In this document: positions 8,873 through 18,722 of the stretch, piece after piece
Layout: each line of letters starts with the position of its first letter
Numbering within the stretch: position 1 is the first letter of the stretch
Assembly (NCBI GenBank): GCA_022767515.1
Contig: JALENK010000009.1
Location: forward strand, 15,423-79,422
DNA: 64,000 bases
From: Clostridium sp.
GTDB taxonomy: Bacteria; Bacillota; Clostridia; Clostridiales; Clostridiaceae
Direction of reading: 5' to 3'
Notes under the pieces: model-generated
Seen by the model: only the letters and a program-made list of their open reading frames with translations
Told to the model about the DNA's origin: nothing
Database searches by the model: none
Position numbers and translations under genes: made by a program

Positions 8873-10303
8873 ATGAGTGAATTAGATTTAAACCTATTAA
8901 TTGATTTTTATGAACTAACAATGGCAAATGCTTATCTAAGTTCTGAATATAAAGACACTATCGCATATTTTGATATGTTTTATAGAAAAAATCCTAATAA
9001 TGGAGGTTATGTGGTTTTAGCTGGACTTGAGCCTCTTATTAAATATTTACAAAATCTAAAATTTTCAGAAGAAGACATTGCGTTTTTAAAAAGCAAAAAT
9101 TTATTTTCAACTGAATTTTTAGATTATCTTAAAAATTTCAGATTCACTTGCTCTATCTATTCAATGCCTGAAGGAACTATAGTATTTCCAAATGAACCTT
9201 TACTTATTGTAAAAGGTCCAATTATACAATGTCAACTTATAGAAACTATGATTCTTCTAACAATCAACCACCAAAGTCTTATAGCAACTAAAGCTCATAG
9301 AATCTCTTATTCAGCTAAAGGACGCAAGGTAATCGAAATGGGGTCAAGACGTGCTCAAGGCTATAGTGCTGCTCTATATGGTGCTCGTTCTGCCTATATT
9401 GGAGGGATAGACTTTACAGCCTGTACTTTAGCTGATAAAGCATTTAATGTTCCAAGTACTGGAACAATGGCACATAGTTTTGTCCAATTATTTGATACCG
9501 AATATGAAGCCTTTAAATTTTGGGCTGAAGTTTATCCTGATAATTGTTCCCTTTTAATCGATACCTATGACGTTATTCATTCTGGAATAATAAATGCCAT
9601 CAAAGTTTTTGATGAAGTATTAAAACCTCTTGGTAAGTTTCCAGTAAGTATCCGTATTGATTCTGGAGATATTACTTATTTATCAAAAATATGCAGAAAA
9701 AAATTAGACGAAGCAGGCTATACAATGTGTAAGATAGTTGTATCTAATAGCCTCGATGAATATATAATTGAAAATGTCTTAGCAGAGGGTGCTAAAATAG
9801 ATTGCTTCGGTGTTGGTGAAAACTTAATTACATCCAAGCAATCACCAATTTTAGGTGGTGTATATAAGCTTGTTGCAATTGAAAAGGATAAAAAGTGCAT
9901 TCCTAAGATAAAAATTAGTGAAAATACAGAGAAAATAACAACTCCTGGAGTCAAAAAATTATATAGATTTTATGATAAAAATACTAATAAGGCTCTAGCT
10001 GACTTATTAACTTTAGAAACAGAAAAACCTTCTGAAAATCAATATGAATTATTTAATCCAACATATCCATGGAAAAGAAAACTTATAAGTTCATATTACC
10101 TAAAGGAGCTTCTAACACCAATTTTCATAGATGGCAAATTGGTATATAATCTCCCTTCACTTTCCGAAATACGTACTCATTGCGTTAATGAAACTAATAG
10201 CTTTTGGAATGAAATACTAAGAATAGATAATCCTCATATTTATTATGTAGATTTATCCTATGATTTATGGAGCCTAAAGCAAAATTTAATATACAAAAAA
10301 TAA
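8873..10303 (+). CDS. pncB: Nicotinate phosphoribosyltransferase
   Basis: LLIDFYELTM, GSRRAQ, GTMAHS, LIDTYD, RIDSGD, GGVYKLV. Confidence 0.95.
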   Translation: MSELDLNLLIDFYELTMANAYLSSEYKDTIAYFDMFYRKNPNNGGYVVLAGLEPLIKYLQNLKFSEEDIAFLKSKNLFSTEFLDYLKNFRFTCSIYSMPEGTIVFPNEPLLIVKGPIIQCQLIETMILLTINHQSLIATKAHRISYSAKGRKVIEMGSRRAQGYSAALYGARSAYIGGIDFTACTLADKAFNVPSTGTMAHSFVQLFDTEYEAFKFWAEVYPDNCSLLIDTYDVIHSGIINAIKVFDEVLKPLGKFPVSIRIDSGDITYLSKICRKKLDEAGYTMCKIVVSNSLDEYIIENVLAEGAKIDCFGVGENLITSKQSPILGGVYKLVAIEKDKKCIPKIKISENTEKITTPGVKKLYRFYDKNTNKALADLLTLETEKPSENQYELFNPTYPWKRKLISSYYLKELLTPIFIDGKLVYNLPSLSEIRTHCVNETNSFWNEILRIDNPHIYYVDLSYDLWSLKQNLIYKK

Positions 10304-10327
10304 AGAGGGAGCATACTCCCTCAATTT
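10302..10327. terminator. Terminator between convergent genes
   Basis: GAGGGAG-CATA-CTCCCTC hairpin between pncB and the EAL/HDOD gene. Confidence 0.65.
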
Positions 10328-11537
10328 ACTTATTAAAAACTAACATTGAATCATTAAGCCAGTCTATAGCTCCTGAATATAAATCAAATAAAACACCTTT
10401 ATCTAAGTCAAGCTTCTTAGAATATGTTTCAACCTTTTTAACTTCCATCTTTTCATAAGAAACTACTAAATTTAATATGTTTCTTAAAATATTATCCTTT
10501 CCAAGTAAAGCCATCTTAACATCACTTTCTATTTGCATATCAGAAAGAACTTCATCCATTGTAGTATCCATTAATACATCTAGTTCTGAGAACATACCTG
10601 TTAAAAATGCCTGTGACTTTCTATGTGGAACTACTTTTTCTGCTACCACCTCACAAAATCTAGCTCTAATAATCGTGTTATTGGTAATTTCTTCATTAGT
10701 AACATCATTCATATCGCTTACTATTACGAGTGTAAGCCATTTTCTAAGCTGTTCCTTTCCAAGCATTACTATCGCCTGTCTTATTGATGTTATTTCTTGG
10801 ACAAATCCAAAAACAGGAGAATTTAAAAATCTAACTAGTTTGTAGCTTATACTTAAATCTGATTTAATTATATGCTCAATTTTATCAACATCAATATCAT
10901 CATTTAATAATTGAATAATCAAATTAAATCTATTTGAATTTTTTATTGATATATCTCTATTTGGCAGTTCTATTGGCTTAGAAAAAAAATTACCTTCTAA
11001 ATATGTCACACCTTCACTAATAGCTTCTTCATAATCAGCTTTAGTATCTATAGATTTAGCTAAAACACTATTTTCCTTAGATAAATACTTATATAATTCC
11101 TTACGCTCCCTCTTATCACATACAGCAAAATCAATAATTACTATATCTACAAAATCTGAATATTCCTTAATTACATTCTCATTACCATTACAATCAATCG
11201 CTATAACAAAATCTTTTTTTCTTAATCTTTCTAAATCTTGTTTAAGTTCATTGAAAATTTCAACATCAGATGGTAATTTGATGATTATATTATCTTTTCC
11301 TAATAAATCTGGAATATCCTCACATAATGAAATTTTAGTAAACCCTACTACTGCCTTTTTATTATTAGTAAACTTATTTAATCCTAACGTTCCATAATTA
11401 CATATAAAACTAATTCTTTTTTCTTCTAATTCCCTATCAAATAGCTTAATTCCTTTACACTCATCAAACAATAAGTCATATGCAAATACTGAATTATCTC
11501 TATTATATATCGCCTGCCTAACTAAAAACATATTCAT
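10326..11537 (-). CDS. EAL- and HDOD-domain protein (YuxH/PdeH-like), degenerate EAL
   Basis: FLVRQAIY...VFAYDLLF, EGNFFSKP, and HDOD features SYKLVRFLNS, SIRQAIVMLG, RARFCE, AFLTGMFS. Confidence 0.85.
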   Translation of the reverse strand: MNMFLVRQAIYNRDNSVFAYDLLFDECKGIKLFDRELEEKRISFICNYGTLGLNKFTNNKKAVVGFTKISLCEDIPDLLGKDNIIIKLPSDVEIFNELKQDLERLRKKDFVIAIDCNGNENVIKEYSDFVDIVIIDFAVCDKRERKELYKYLSKENSVLAKSIDTKADYEEAISEGVTYLEGNFFSKPIELPNRDISIKNSNRFNLIIQLLNDDIDVDKIEHIIKSDLSISYKLVRFLNSPVFGFVQEITSIRQAIVMLGKEQLRKWLTLVIVSDMNDVTNEEITNNTIIRARFCEVVAEKVVPHRKSQAFLTGMFSELDVLMDTTMDEVLSDMQIESDVKMALLGKDNILRNILNLVVSYEKMEVKKVETYSKKLDLDKGVLFDLYSGAIDWLNDSMLVFNK

Positions 11538-11567
11538 ATCTTAATACTCCCTTTTATGCTCTATTGA

Positions 11568-11894
11568 TTACTTTTTTGATATATTTTTAATAACAGATAA
11601 ATCAATAATTTCATTTAAGAAAGCTTTTAATAATGCCTTTTCAAGTACCTTTTCCTGATCAAAGTTCTCAACTTCTTGACATACTGCAAAAACCTTATTT
11701 TCTTCACCTTTGAAATTTTTATAAGTTAAAGTAACATTAGGTGCATCATACTCAACATTTATAATCTGTATCCCCCAAGATAATTGAGCAAAACCATCCT
11801 CTACCTTTAATCTAGTTAATTCCTTTAATTTTTTCTTTTCTTTAGTTGGATCATTTACAAGAATCAATTCATCTCCGACTTTATATTTAGCCAT
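11568..11894 (-). CDS. Hypothetical protein (108 aa)
   Basis: Strong RBS AGGAGGGG and a sigmaA-like promoter upstream. No family recognised with confidence. Confidence 0.75.
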   Translation of the reverse strand: MAKYKVGDELILVNDPTKEKKKLKELTRLKVEDGFAQLSWGIQIINVEYDAPNVTLTYKNFKGEENKVFAVCQEVENFDQEKVLEKALLKAFLNEIIDLSVIKNISKK

Positions 11895-11940
11895 AACACC
11901 AACCCCTCCTATTACATTTTGTATAGTTGTATAATAATTA

Positions 11941-11969
11941 AGTTTATCACTAGTTTAAATTTATTGCAA
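11941..11969 (-). promoter_or_regulatory. Sigma-A-like promoter for the 108-aa gene
   Basis: TTGCAA-17 nt-TAAACT with extended -10 TG. Confidence 0.5.
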
Positions 11970-12010
11970 TATTTTCATTTCTATTCCTTTATAGAGATTG
12001 GTACTTACAG

Positions 12011-13155
12011 CTAATTATGAAAAACTATCTTTCTATACTTAAAGAATTCTGCCCATTTATTTAAGAAATCAGCATTATTTAGTTCTTTGTAATCCTGTAA
12101 TAGTTTATCATATTCTTCTTTTGAACTTACCTTTAATCCAAAACCTCTTCCATTGATTAATACATTATTATCATAGTTATAATTATCAATAGAATCAATT
12201 TGAGTAATAATCTTATTTCTTACCCTTACAAAAATGTTGTCTCTAAATATTAATATATCAAAGTCATCTGGATACTCATAGCTTTCACCTTTAACTGGTA
12301 TCTCATCTTTGACAGTATATTGCTTATGATTTGAAAGATATTTATAAATATCTAAAGTCTCTGCATCATAATAATATTCTTCAAATATTTCTCCTCTTGC
12401 TCTTAAATCACCTTTATTAAATAAGTATTCATTAGCCTCATCATTATTTGTATATACCTTTTCTACAACACCACAAGCAGATGTCATATTAGAAACTCTA
12501 TCAATTAATATGAACTCACCTAGTGTTTTATACTTCTTAAATTCAGCAGCTATTATTTTTTCATCTATTTGTATGTTACATACTGCTATTTCATTTTTCT
12601 TAAGAGAACCTGCTGCTTCATGGTTTCCTGTATTAACATTTATCTTATATTTTATCGATGCTATTTTTGCTGGAATTTGTTTTGTTCCAAGCTTAATTAA
12701 AAATTCTTTATTTTTTTCTAAAACTTCATCATCCATCCAAAGCAAAGTTGCTTCAAAAAGGTCTGTTATTTTTAAGTCTGCCTTGCTTGCTATTACATCC
12801 CCTCTTGATACATCAATTTCTCTATCAAGCTCTATTGTTACTGGCTGACCACTGCCATGTTTCTTGTATACTCTTCATGCCCTGGGGTATCAGCAACTAT
12901 AAAGCTTCTATTATCAGTAGTGAAATATCTATAAGCAACATCTATAGTTATTCCCTGTTCTCTTTCTGCCATTAATCCATCTAATAGAAGAGAATAGTCT
13001 ATCTGTCCGCCTCTACTTCCAACCTTACTATCTAGTTCTAATGCCTTTTCTTGATCTGCATATAATAATTTTGCATCATATAATATATGTCCAATTAAAG
13101 TAGATTTTCCGTCATCTACACTACCACATGTTATAAATTTCAGTAAACTTTTCAT
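12011..13155 (-). pseudogene. cysN: Sulfate adenylyltransferase subunit 1, internally deleted and frameshifted
   Basis: The N-terminal G-domain ([40 protein letters not shown]) joins out of frame at about 12850 to [19 protein letters not shown]...LLWMDDE...ILIDRVSNMTSACG. The rest of the G-domain, including NKxD, and most of domain II are absent. Confidence 0.85.
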
Positions 13156-13156
13156 T

Positions 13157-14056
13157 TTAGAAATACCCCTCTCTCTTTCTTCTTTCCATGCTTCCTTGAG
13201 CTTCCTTATCTATTACTCTACTAGTTCTCTCAGAAGATACCGCACTTAATGTTTCTTCAATTATTTCATCTAATGTGTTTGCCTTTGATTCAATTGCACC
13301 TGTTAATGGATAACAACCAAGAGTTCTAAAACGTACCATTTTATTTTCTATTTTTTCTCCTGGTTCTAATTTTAATCTGTCATCATCAACCATTATTAAG
13401 TTTCCATCACGATAAACAACTGGTCTTTCCTTTGCAAAATATAGTGGAACTATATCTATTTTTTCACGTTGTATATACTGCCATATATCCTTTTCTGTCC
13501 AGTTTGATAATGGAAATACTCTTATGCTTTCCCCTTTATTTATTTGAGAATTATATAGCTTCCACATCTCAGGTCTTTGATTTTTAGGGTCCCATGCTTG
13601 GGCTTTATTTCTAAATGAAAATACTCTTTCCTTAGCACGCGATTTTTCTTCATCACGTCTTCCCCCTCCAAATGCAGCTGTAAATCCATACTTAGATAAT
13701 GCTTGCTTTAAAGCTTGAGTTTTCATAATATCTGTATATGATGCTCCAAAGTCAAAAGGATTTATTCCCTTTTTTACTCCCTCTTCATTTACATATACAA
13801 GCATTTCAATACCATTATCCTTTGCTACCTTATCTCTAAATTCAATCATTTCTTTAAATTTCCAAGTAGTATCTATATGTAAAAATGGAAATGGTGGTTT
13901 TTCAGGATAAAATGCCTTCATTGCTAAGTGAAGCATTACTGAACTGTCCTTTCCTATTGAATAAAGCATTACAGGCTTTTCACATTCTGCCGCTACTTCT
14001 CTAATAATATATATAGCTTCTGCTTCTAATTGGTCTAAATGTGATAATTCACTCAT
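13157..14056 (-). CDS. cysD: Sulfate adenylyltransferase subunit 2
   Basis: [53 protein letters not shown]. Confidence 0.97.
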   Translation of the reverse strand: MSELSHLDQLEAEAIYIIREVAAECEKPVMLYSIGKDSSVMLHLAMKAFYPEKPPFPFLHIDTTWKFKEMIEFRDKVAKDNGIEMLVYVNEEGVKKGINPFDFGASYTDIMKTQALKQALSKYGFTAAFGGGRRDEEKSRAKERVFSFRNKAQAWDPKNQRPEMWKLYNSQINKGESIRVFPLSNWTEKDIWQYIQREKIDIVPLYFAKERPVVYRDGNLIMVDDDRLKLEPGEKIENKMVRFRTLGCYPLTGAIESKANTLDEIIEETLSAVSSERTSRVIDKEAQGSMERRKREGYF

Positions 14057-14078
14057 TATTTTCTCCTCCTAAAACTTA

Positions 14079-14393
14079 TTAATATTTATTTGAGTCTTTA
14101 GTATTTATATCTATTTTATGAATAGTTCCATCTAACTCTTTTATTTCCCAATGAAGTATATCTTCTTCCTTTTGTACAGTCATCAAACTGCCTCTTCCCC
14201 CCATATCTGCTCCAAGATATAATGCAATTGCTCTTTTTTTGCACTCTTTTACACATGATGAGCATCCCCAGCAGTCCTTCTCATATTTAATATATGCCTT
14301 ATTTTCATCATCAATACTTATAAGTGTTCCTGGACATACATTTACACATTTTCTGCAGCCTACACACAAGTCCTTATTTATTGCTATGCTCAT
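14079..14393 (-). CDS. aprB: 2x[4Fe-4S] ferredoxin, adenylylsulfate reductase beta-subunit-like
   Basis: CVGCRKCVNVCP and CWGCSSCVKEC. Overlaps the end of the aprA-like gene. Confidence 0.8.
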   Translation of the reverse strand: MSIAINKDLCVGCRKCVNVCPGTLISIDDENKAYIKYEKDCWGCSSCVKECKKRAIALYLGADMGGRGSLMTVQKEEDILHWEIKELDGTIHKIDINTKDSNKY

Positions 14394-16044
14394 ATACCTC
14401 ACCTCTTTTAACTAAGTCTCTGAAAATAATTTTAATTTTTCCATCAACTACTTTTGAATTTACATATCTTAAATATTTATCATCCTTATCTGGATAGTCT
14501 AAATTTTCTGCAAAACTATGCCATCTAGTTTCCTTTCTTGCTCTCAAATGTGCAATCAAACTTTTACATACTGTAAGTCTTTCCTTTAATTCATATACAA
14601 ACATCAATTCATGCATATCTAAAGCCTTAAGATTTTCAGATAGCTTAATTATCTGTTCTATCTTATAATCTGCTAAATCTAACTGCTTTTCATTAAATTG
14701 ATAGTTTGTACTTATCCCCCCTGCATAAGTATCCATTACCTTCTGCATCGCTTCTTCTAATTGTTCTACACTAAATAATGCATTTTTATTATTTAATATT
14801 TTTTCAATCTCTTCTTTTTTGCTATTTATAACTTCTTCTTCTTCTTCCTTAGAAAGTACATATTTTTTGCTGTTAATTTCCTTTAGTATCGCCTTTGCTG
14901 CAATTTCTCCTTCAACTAAAGCACCACTTACATATTTTTGAGGGCATCCACCTGCAACATCTCCTGCTGCAAATAAGCTATCTATTGTTGTTTTTCTGTT
15001 TGTATCAATCCAATACCCACTTGCTGTATGTCCTCCAACCACATAAGGCTCAGTACCTTCAATTTCAACATTTTCTTCACTTGGATTCTTATTAGATTCT
15101 ATCCACTTTAATGTTTGACTTGGTGCCATATTTAAATATGCTTTCTTCAAATCAATATCCTTTTCCTTGTCTATTCCAACTGTTCTAAGGTAACAAGGTC
15201 CTCTTCCTTCTTGATTTTCCTTTACTGTTCCATACACTCTTTCTGAAGTAGTTAGACCATATTTAGTCTCATAAACCTCTCCCTTTGAATTAATCTGTTT
15301 TGCCTTAACTCCTTGTGCTATAGTACCCGTTGGTGCTATCGTATCCTTACATCTTAAAGCAATGAATCTCATTTCAAATGTAGTCATTTCAGCTCCAGAT
15401 TTTATACCCATTGCATATCCTGCTCCTGTATTAAATGGAGAATACCACATCTTATGTCTTGAAAATCCAGGATTATTTGGTCTATATAAACCAGACGCTC
15501 CACCAGTTGCACACAATACCTTCTTGGCTTTTATTTCATAAAGTATATAGTCATTTATATCTATCGCAAGAGCACCTTGAATTTCATTATCTTTCACAAT
15601 GTATTCAATAACATTTACATTGTTTAATACCTCTGTATTAGATAATTTATTTACAGCATCTGCAAGTATGGGCTTTATGTTCTCACCATTTATTTTTATG
15701 TTCCTATCACCCCTAGCAACATACTCACCACTTGCATCCTTCAAAATTACAAGGCCAAGCTCCTCTAATTTTTTAGTAGCAGCATTTACGCCCTCTGCCA
15801 TTGATAAAAGCAAATCCTCACGCACAATTCCTGCTGCATCCTTTTTTGCATATTCCACATAATCCTGTGGTGTCTTTCCCTTTGTGATATAAGCATTTAT
15901 TGCATTAACTCCTGCTGCTAAACAACCACTTCTTTTAATATTTGCTTTTTCTAAAATTAATACCTGTACATCTTTATTTTCATTAGCAATAGTAAGAGCT
16001 GCATAACATCCTGCTGTTCCCCCTCCAATAATCAGTACATCACA
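14374..16044 (-). pseudogene. aprA: Adenylylsulfate reductase alpha subunit (FAD), apparently lacking start codon and RBS
   Basis: The frame is open upstream of the called GTG (15858) through CDVLIIGGGTAGCYAA...EKANIKRSGCLAAGVNAINAY, up to a TAG at 16054-16056. No in-frame ATG/GTG/TTG precedes the Rossmann GxGxxG motif. Body has ATGG, WYSPFNTG, YLNMAP, RKETRW. Confidence 0.75.
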
Positions 16045-17036
16045 ACATACATTCTATAAATCAATACACTTACCTTTTCTCCAACTTCAACTTGAGGTTC
16101 TTCAATACTTCTTGTTGCAGTTAATATTATTCCATGAAGATTTACCTTTACTTCAATATATCTTCCTCTAAAAGATACCCTTTCAACAGTAGCCATCTCT
16201 GCCTCACAAGAGAACTGATTAAATTCTCCATCTTTAAATATACTTATAAATTGAGGTCTTATAATAGCTTTGTCTGAATTATATACCTTGTCAAATCCCT
16301 TAAGTTTTGAATAATCAATTACCTCAGTAGATTCGCCAATAAATTCAGTAACAAATGGAGTTTGAGGGTTATTATACAGTTCAAGTGGAGTTCCAATCTG
16401 TTCTATTTGCCCATGATTAGTAACAATAATTTCATCTGCAACCTCTATCGCTTCATCTTGGTCATGCGTTACAAAAATACTTGTAATTCCAACCTTTTGA
16501 ATAGTATCCTTAAGCCATGTTCTAAGCTCAACTCTTACCTTTGCATCAATTGCTGCAAAAGGTTCATCTAGTAAAAGTACCTTAGGATTAGGTGCAAGTG
16601 CTCTGGCAAATGCAACTCTTTGCCTTTGTCCACCTGATAACTGACTTGGATATCTATTTTCTAGACCTTCAAGACCAATAAGTTTTATAAGTTCTGATAC
16701 CCTTTCCTTTATTTCAGATTTGCTCTTTTTTAATACCTTAAGACCAAAGGCAATATTATCAAATATTGTCATATACTTAAATAATGCATAGCTTTGAAAT
16801 ACAAATCCTATACCTCTTTTACTTGGTTCAACCTCATTAACGACCTGATTATTTATAACTATCTCTCCAGAATCAGGATGTTCAAGACCTGCAATCATTC
16901 TTAAGATTGTTGTTTTTCCACTTCCACTAGGTCCAAGTAATGCTACTAGCTTTCCTTTTTCTATTGAAAAATTGACATTATTAGATGCCTTAAAATCCCC
17001 ATATGATTTATTTATATTCTTTAATTGTATATACAT
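16032..17036 (-). CDS. cysA: Sulfate ABC transporter ATPase (C-terminus probably truncated)
   Basis: GPSGSGKTT, LSGGQRQR, LLLDEPF, VTHDQ. The last codons overlap the aprA N-terminal coding sequence out of frame. Confidence 0.9.
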   Translation of the reverse strand: MYIQLKNINKSYGDFKASNNVNFSIEKGKLVALLGPSGSGKTTILRMIAGLEHPDSGEIVINNQVVNEVEPSKRGIGFVFQSYALFKYMTIFDNIAFGLKVLKKSKSEIKERVSELIKLIGLEGLENRYPSQLSGGQRQRVAFARALAPNPKVLLLDEPFAAIDAKVRVELRTWLKDTIQKVGITSIFVTHDQDEAIEVADEIIVTNHGQIEQIGTPLELYNNPQTPFVTEFIGESTEVIDYSKLKGFDKVYNSDKAIIRPQFISIFKDGEFNQFSCEAEMATVERVSFRGRYIEVKVNLHGIILTATRSIEEPQVEVGEKVSVLIYRMYVVMY

Positions 17037-17854
17037 TATATTTCACCAGCCTTTTTTGATTTGTATTCAACTATATTCCTGATTATAAGAATTATTATTG
17101 CAATTATTACTAATATTGATGATACTGCAAAAGCCTCTGTCAATTTAAAATCACCATATAAAACCTCTATATGTAATGGAAGTGTGTTTGTCTTACCTCT
17201 TAAATGACCTGATACGACAGATACTGCCCCAAACTCTCCCATTGCTCTTGCTGTACAAAGTATAATTCCATATAGAAGCCCCCATTTTATATGTGGAAGA
17301 GTTATCTTTCTAAATATTTTAAATCCACTAGCTCCCATAAGTGCTGCAGCTTCCTCTTCATCAGTACCAACTGAGTTTAATATAGGAATTACTTCTCTTG
17401 ATATGAAAGGAAGTGTAACAAATATTGTTGCTATTATTACCGCTGGCACTGAAAATACAATCTTTATTCCATACTCCCTAAATAAATCATAAGCCCAACC
17501 TATTCTTCCAAAAGTTAGTATAAATATTAGACCTGCTATAACAGGAGAAATTGCAAATGGTATATCTATAAGTGTTGTTAAAAATTGTTTTCCATGAAAT
17601 TTAAATCTTGTAATTGCCCATGAAGCAAATAAACCAAAGATAGTATTCACAACAACTGCAATGACAGTAGCTATTAACGTTAACTTTAATGCTTTAATTG
17701 TATATTTATCTCCTACCGCATTAAGGTAGGTTTCTATTCCATCTCTAAGTGAATAGTAAATCACTGAGATTAATGGAATAACTAACATGATTACTATGAA
17801 AAAAATACTTACCCCTATTAGTATTTTTGCTGCCTTATTTTTTTTATTATTCAT
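17036..17854 (-). CDS. cysW: Sulfate ABC transporter permease
   Basis: LIDIPFAISPVIAG, EEEAAALMGAS, ARAMGEFGAVSVVSG. Confidence 0.93.
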   Translation of the reverse strand: MNNKKNKAAKILIGVSIFFIVIMLVIPLISVIYYSLRDGIETYLNAVGDKYTIKALKLTLIATVIAVVVNTIFGLFASWAITRFKFHGKQFLTTLIDIPFAISPVIAGLIFILTFGRIGWAYDLFREYGIKIVFSVPAVIIATIFVTLPFISREVIPILNSVGTDEEEAAALMGASGFKIFRKITLPHIKWGLLYGIILCTARAMGEFGAVSVVSGHLRGKTNTLPLHIEVLYGDFKLTEAFAVSSILVIIAIIILIIRNIVEYKSKKAGEI

Positions 17855-17870
17855 AACAATACCCTCCTCT

Positions 17871-18704
17871 CTAATTGCCTGTTTTCTTTGCTATATGAGA
17901 CTGAATTATATTAATTAAAAATAATAAAAGAAATGATATCACAAGCATCACAAGTGCAAGTGCTGTAGCCGATGTATACTTAAATTGTTCAAGCTTATTT
18001 ACAATTAATAATGGTACTATTTGCGTTTCATTTGGAATATTTCCTGCAATAAAAACCACGCTACCATATTCACCAAGTCCTCTAGCAAATGCTAATCCAA
18101 AACCAGTAAGTACAGCAGGCATTATCTCTGGAAGTATTACCTTAAAGAACGTTCTTCTCTTACTTGCCCCTAACATAAATGCTGCCTCCTCATACTGCTT
18201 GTCCATTTTGGATAATATTGGTTGAATTGTTCTAACAACAAATGGTATGCCTATAAAAACCATGGCAATTATTATTCCTACCTTTGAATAAGCAATTTTT
18301 ATTCCAAAATAGCCAAAAATCTGACCAATAAGTCCTTTATCCGAATACAAATATGTTAATGTTATACCTGCAACTGCTGTTGGCAATGCAAATGGTAATT
18401 CAATTAATCCATCTAAAAATCTTTTTCCCACAAAATCATATTTAATAAGCACCCAGGCTAAAATAACTCCAAATATTGCATTTATTATTGCTGCTATAAA
18501 AGAACATAAAAAACTTACTGAAAAAGCTGAAAGAATTTGTTTTTCTGTAATTATATCTATAAACTCACTAAAACTAATTTTAGAAGAATATAAAATCAAA
18601 GACCCAATAGGAATAAGTACAATTATACTTAATATTGCTATTGTTACTCCCATCGATATTCCAAAGCCCGGAATAACTCTTTTCTTCTTAATTGCTTTTA
18701 TCAT
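17871..18704 (-). CDS. cysT: Sulfate ABC transporter permease
   Basis: VIPGFG, LPFALPTAVAG, PFVVRTIQP, FARGLGEYGSV. Confidence 0.93.
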   Translation of the reverse strand: MIKAIKKKRVIPGFGISMGVTIAILSIIVLIPIGSLILYSSKISFSEFIDIITEKQILSAFSVSFLCSFIAAIINAIFGVILAWVLIKYDFVGKRFLDGLIELPFALPTAVAGITLTYLYSDKGLIGQIFGYFGIKIAYSKVGIIIAMVFIGIPFVVRTIQPILSKMDKQYEEAAFMLGASKRRTFFKVILPEIMPAVLTGFGLAFARGLGEYGSVVFIAGNIPNETQIVPLLIVNKLEQFKYTSATALALVMLVISFLLLFLINIIQSHIAKKTGN

Positions 18705-18722
18705 TTCATCATCCCCCTATTA

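Noticed and set aside
12011-12745. 244-aa ORF as an independent gene
   Set aside because: It is the C-terminal part of cysN. The frame is open to 12850 and the TTG is internal (ATLLWMD motif).
14374-15858. GTG at 15858 as the true aprA start
   Set aside because: It would omit the FAD-binding GxGxxG motif encoded in frame upstream, and no convincing RBS is present.
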